Source of the DNA: the human T2T-CHM13v2.0 reference genome, Homo sapiens
Assembly: GCF_009914755.1 (NCBI RefSeq)
Contig: NC_060948.1
Strand: one strand, 5' to 3'
DNA length: 64,000 nt
Below, piece after piece: positions 60,001-64,000 of this stretch. The position numbers were made by a program, and so were the translations under genes. How positions within the stretch are numbered: position 1 is the first letter of the stretch; every line of letters begins with the position of its first letter. The notes beneath the pieces are model-generated. The model made no database searches, had not been told where the DNA came from, and was given only the letters and a program-made list of their open reading frames with translations.

Positions 60001-62655
60001 CCAAATGTAATGGAATGGAATGGAAAGGAATCGAAACGAAAGGAATGGAGACAGATGGAATGGAATGGAACAGAGAGCAATGGTATAGAATGGAATGGAA
60101 TCATCTGGAATGGAATTGAATGGAATGGAATAATATGAAATGGAATGGAATGGAATGGAATGGAATGCCCTTGAATTAAATGGACTGGAATGGAATGGAC
60201 TCGAACAGAGTGGAATGGAAAGTGTTGAGATAGAATGGAATGGACTCGTTTGGAATGGTCTAGTAGGCAATGCAATCGACTGGCAGGGAATCAAAAGGAA
60301 TGTAATCGAATGGATTGGACTGGAATGCAATGGACTCGAATAGATTGCAAACGGAATGCAAAGGAATGGAATGGAATAGTATGGAATGGAATGGAAAGGA
60401 ATGGAGTGGAATAGAGTAGAGTGGAATGGAATGGACTGGAAAGAAATGGACTGGAATGGAACTTTCTTGAATGGACTGGAATCAAACGGAATGGAATGCA
60501 ATGCAATCAAATGGCATGGAATAAAATAGAATGAAAGAGAATCAAATGGAATTGAATCGAATGGAATCGAATGGATTGGAAAGGAATAGAATGGAATGGA
60601 ATGGAATTGAGTCAAATGGAATGGACTAGAATGGAATGGATTCGAATGGAAGGCAAAGGAATGGAATCTATTGGAATGGACTGTAATGGAATGGAATGGA
60701 AGGGATTGGAATGGACTCGAATGGAATGGACTGCAATAGAAAGGATTCGAATGGAATGAAAAAGAATTGAATGGAATAGAACAGAATGGAATGAAATCGA
60801 ATGAAATGGAATGGAATAGAAAGGAATGGAATGAAATGGAATGGAAAGGATTCGAATGGAATGCAATCGAATGGAATGGAATCGAACGGAATGGAATAAA
60901 ATGGAAGAAAACTGGCAAGAAATGGAATCGAAATGAATGGAGTGTTATGGAACGGACTCAAAAGGAATTGAATGTAATAGAATGGAGTGGAGTGGACTCG
61001 AATATAATGGACTGGAATGGAATGAAATCACATGGAATGGGAACGAATGGAATGGAATGGAAAGGAATGGAATCGAATGGAAAGGAATCGAATGGAAGGG
61101 AATGAAATTGAATCAACAGGAATGGAAGGGAATAGAATAGACGGTAATGGAATGGACTCGAATTGAATGGACACGAATGCTCAAATTGAATGGACTCGAA
61201 TGGAATGGAAACGAAAGGAATGTCATCGAATGGAATTGAATCGATTGGAATGAAATCGCATAGAATGGAGTGGAATCAAATGGAATTGAATCGAAAGGAA
61301 AGGAAGCGAATGGACTGAAATGAAATGGAATGGAATTGAATGGAAAGTAATGCAATGGAATAGAATGGAACGAAATTTCACGGAATGGAATCAAACTGAA
61401 TGGAATCAAATCAATGAAATCTAATCAAATGGAATGGAAAGGAATTGAATGGAGTAGATTGGATTGGATGGGATTGGAATGAAATGTACTGTAAAGGACT
61501 CGAATTTCATGAAACGGAATGGAATGAATTGGAACGGAATGGACTCGAATGGAATGGAATGTCATGGAATGGCATCAAATGGAATGGCATCAAATGGAAT
61601 GGAATCGAATGCAATGGAATGCTATGGAATGGAATGGAATGCATTGGAATGGAATGTCCTCTAATGGAATGGATTCGAGTGGAATGGCATCGAATATAAT
61701 GGAGTCGAATGAAATGGAATTGAAAAGAATGGGATCGAATACAATGGAATATACTGGAATGTAATGTAATGAACTCGAATGTAATTGACTGGAATGGAAT
61801 GTACATGAATGGAATGTAATCGAATGGAAAGTAATCCAATGGAATAGAATCTAATGCAATAAAATCGACTCAAATAGAGTAGAATGTAATGGAATGGAGT
61901 GCAGTGCAATGGAATGGAATGGAATGGAATGCAATGGAATGGAATGGAATGGAATGGAATGTAATTTAATGGAATGGGATGGAATGGTATGGAATGGATA
62001 GTAATGGACTGGAGTGAAATGGACTGGAAAGGAATGGACTCAAATTGAAAGGGCTCGAAAGGAATGGAGTCAAATGGAATGGTCTGGAATGGAATGAACA
62101 CGAATGTAATGCAATCCAATAGAATGGAATCGAATGGCATGGAATATAAAGAAATGGAATCGAAGAGAATGGAAACAAATGGAATGGAATTGAATGGAAT
62201 GGAATTGAATGGAATGGGAACGAATGGAGTGAAATTGTATGCAGTAGAAGGGAATAGAATGGAATGCAAGCGAAAGGAAAGGAATGGATTGGAATGGAAT
62301 GGAATTCATTGGAATGGAAGGGAATGTAGTGTAATGGACAGGTCTGGAATAAAGTGGAATGCTACGGTCTCGAATGGAATAAAAATGTATGGAATGGAAT
62401 GCAATGAAACGGAATCGAATGTCATAGAATGTAATGGAATGCAAAAAAATGGAATCCAAAATCATTGACTGGAAAGGCTGGGTGTCGAAAGGAATTGACT
62501 CCAATGGAATGGAATCGAATGGAATGGAAGTGAATAGAATCGAACTAAATCGAATGGAATGGAATTGATAGGAACGGAATGGAAAGGAATGCAATGATTT
62601 GGCATGGAATGGAATCGAATGGCATCGAATGGAATGGAATGGAATGCAATGGAAT
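48100..62655 (+). repeat. Near-identical two-monomer (7123-bp) higher-order duplication, ~2 copies
   Basis: Unit lengths alternate 3559/3564. Private variants recur at exactly +7123, e.g. the 15-bp duplication at 51304/58427, AGGTCT at 55217/62340 and the 10-bp deletion at ~49505/~56628. ORF-track entries repeat with the same offset (e.g. 52539..53795 and 59662..60918). Confidence 0.9.
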
Positions 62656-64000
62656 GGAAAGTATTAGAATGTAATGAACTTTAATGGAATGTACTCGAAT
62701 GGATTCGACTGGAATGGAATGTTCTGGAAGTGAATGGACTCCAATGGAATGGATTCCAAAGGAATGGAATCGTACGGAATGGAATCTAATGGAATGGAAT
62801 TAAATGGAAATGAATCAAATTGAATAGCACGGAATTGAATTGAATGGAATGGAATGCAATGGAATCTAATGAAACGGAAAGGAAAGGAATGGAATGGAAT
62901 GGAATGGGCTGGAATGGAAAGGAATCGAAACGAATGGAATGGAATCGAACTGAAGAGACTGGAATGGAATGCACTGGAATGGAAGGGAGTGTAATGGAAG
63001 GTTCTCGAAAAAAATGGAATCGAATGGAATGGAATTGAATGGAACGGAATAGAGTCGAATGGAATTGAATGGAATGGAATGGACTAGAGTGAAATGGAAT
63101 CGAACCACAAGGGATGGACAGGAATACAATGGTCTCGAATTGAATGGAATCGTATGGAATGGCATCAAACGGAATGGAATGGACAGCCACGGAATGGAAT
63201 GCACTCGAATGCAATGGAGTCGAAACAAATGGACTGGAATAGAATGGACTCGACTGGTACGGACTCCAATGGAATGGAATCGAATGGAAGGGAATCGAAC
63301 GGAATGGACTCGAAGGGAAAAGACTGCAATGGAAAGGTCTCGAATGGAATGGAAATTAATGGAATGGAATGGAATCCAATGAAATGGAGTCAAAAGGAAT
63401 GGAATCGAATGGCAAGAAATCGAATGTAATGGAATCGCCAGGAATTGATGTGAACGGAACGGAATGGAATGGAATCCAAAGGAATGGAATAGAATGGAAT
63501 GGAATCGAATGGAAAGGACTCGAATGGAAATCACTCGAATAGAATGCAATTTAATAAAATAGGATCAAATGTAATGGAATGGAATGGAAAGGAATCGAAA
63601 CGAAAGGAATGGAGACAGATGGAATGGAATGGAACAGAGAGCAATGGTATAGAATGGAATGGAATCATCTGGAATGGAATTGAATGGAATGGAATAATAT
63701 GAAATGGAATGGAATGGAATGGAATGGAATGCCCTTGAATTAAATGGACTGGAATGGAATGGACTCGAACAGAGTGGAATGGAAAGTGTTGAGATAGAAT
63801 GGAATGGACTCCTTTGGAATGGTGTAGTATGCAATGCAATCGACTGGCAGGGAATCAAAAGGAATGTAATGGAATGGACTGGACTGGAATGCAATGGACT
63901 CGAATAGATTGGAAACGGAATGCAAAGGAATGGAATGGAATAGTATGGAATGGAATGGAAAGGAATGGAATGGAATAGACTAGAGTGGAATGGAATGGAC

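Larger units (their letters stand above)
1..64000 (+). repeat. DYZ1: Human satellite III (HSat3) array of diverged GGAAT pentamers, DYZ1-type (Yq12 heterochromatin), ~18 tandem ~3.55-kb units
   Basis: GGAAT and variants (CGAAT, GGACT, GCAAT, TGAAT, GGAAA) run from the first to the last base, with the purine-rich strand on + throughout. The landmark AGG(C/T)CT recurs at 1929, 5473, 9037, 12611, 16180, 19724, 23258, 26807, 30366, 33930, 37479, 41022, 44530, 48094, 51653, 55217, 58776 and 62340. Spacings are 3544, 3564, 3574, 3569, 3544, 3534, 3549, 3559, 3564, 3549, 3543, 3508, 3564, 3559, 3564, 3559 and 3564 bp. A ~3.56-kb pentamer unit cut once by HaeIII and EcoRI is the known description of DYZ1. 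Confidence 0.95.

Noticed and set aside
180-63907. Many + strand ORFs (MEWNG-type peptides, 62-134 aa)
   Set aside because: They are the direct translation of (GGAAT)n, which supplies an ATG every 5 bp and has no stop codon. There is no domain-like or non-repetitive sequence, and the ORFs recur once per satellite unit.
1-64000. Possible CRISPR-like or repeat-spacer array
   Set aside because: There are no unique spacers. The intervening sequence is itself pentamer-derived and repeats every ~3.55 kb, and there are no cas-like ORFs.
1-64000. Embedded Alu/L1, AT-rich DYZ2 (HSat1B) block, inversion or foreign insert
   Set aside because: None seen. All unit spacings fall within 3508-3574 bp and are accounted for by small indels, and the GGAAT strand stays on + throughout.
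1-64000. Assignment to HSat2 or to an autosomal HSat3 array
   Set aside because: The sequence lacks the HSat2 CATTCGATTC...GATGAT-type longer motif. The ~3.56-kb period with single HaeIII and EcoRI sites fits DYZ1 best, but only alignment to a complete genome would confirm the chromosome.

Overview
The whole 64-kb window is one uninterrupted, single-orientation tandem array of diverged (GGAAT)n/(ATTCC)n pentamers, i.e. human satellite III (HSat3). It is organised as about 18 copies of a ~3.5-kb unit. StuI/HaeIII-site spacings are 3508-3574 bp, several exactly 3564 bp, and there is normally one HaeIII and one EcoRI site per unit. This matches the DYZ1 repeat of human Yq12 heterochromatin (identified from known properties, not by a database search). 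I see no genes, RNA genes, transposons, inversions or unique-sequence islands. All listed ORFs are artefacts of translating a pentamer repeat (MEWNG / IPFHS periodicity). I find no evidence of a new biological system. The informative signal is the array's internal evolution: a near-identical 7123-bp two-unit duplication marked by HaeIII loss, a recent monomer duplication, mosaic units, indel lineages shared by distant units, a hypervariable pure GGAAT tract, and fixed pentamer register shifts.
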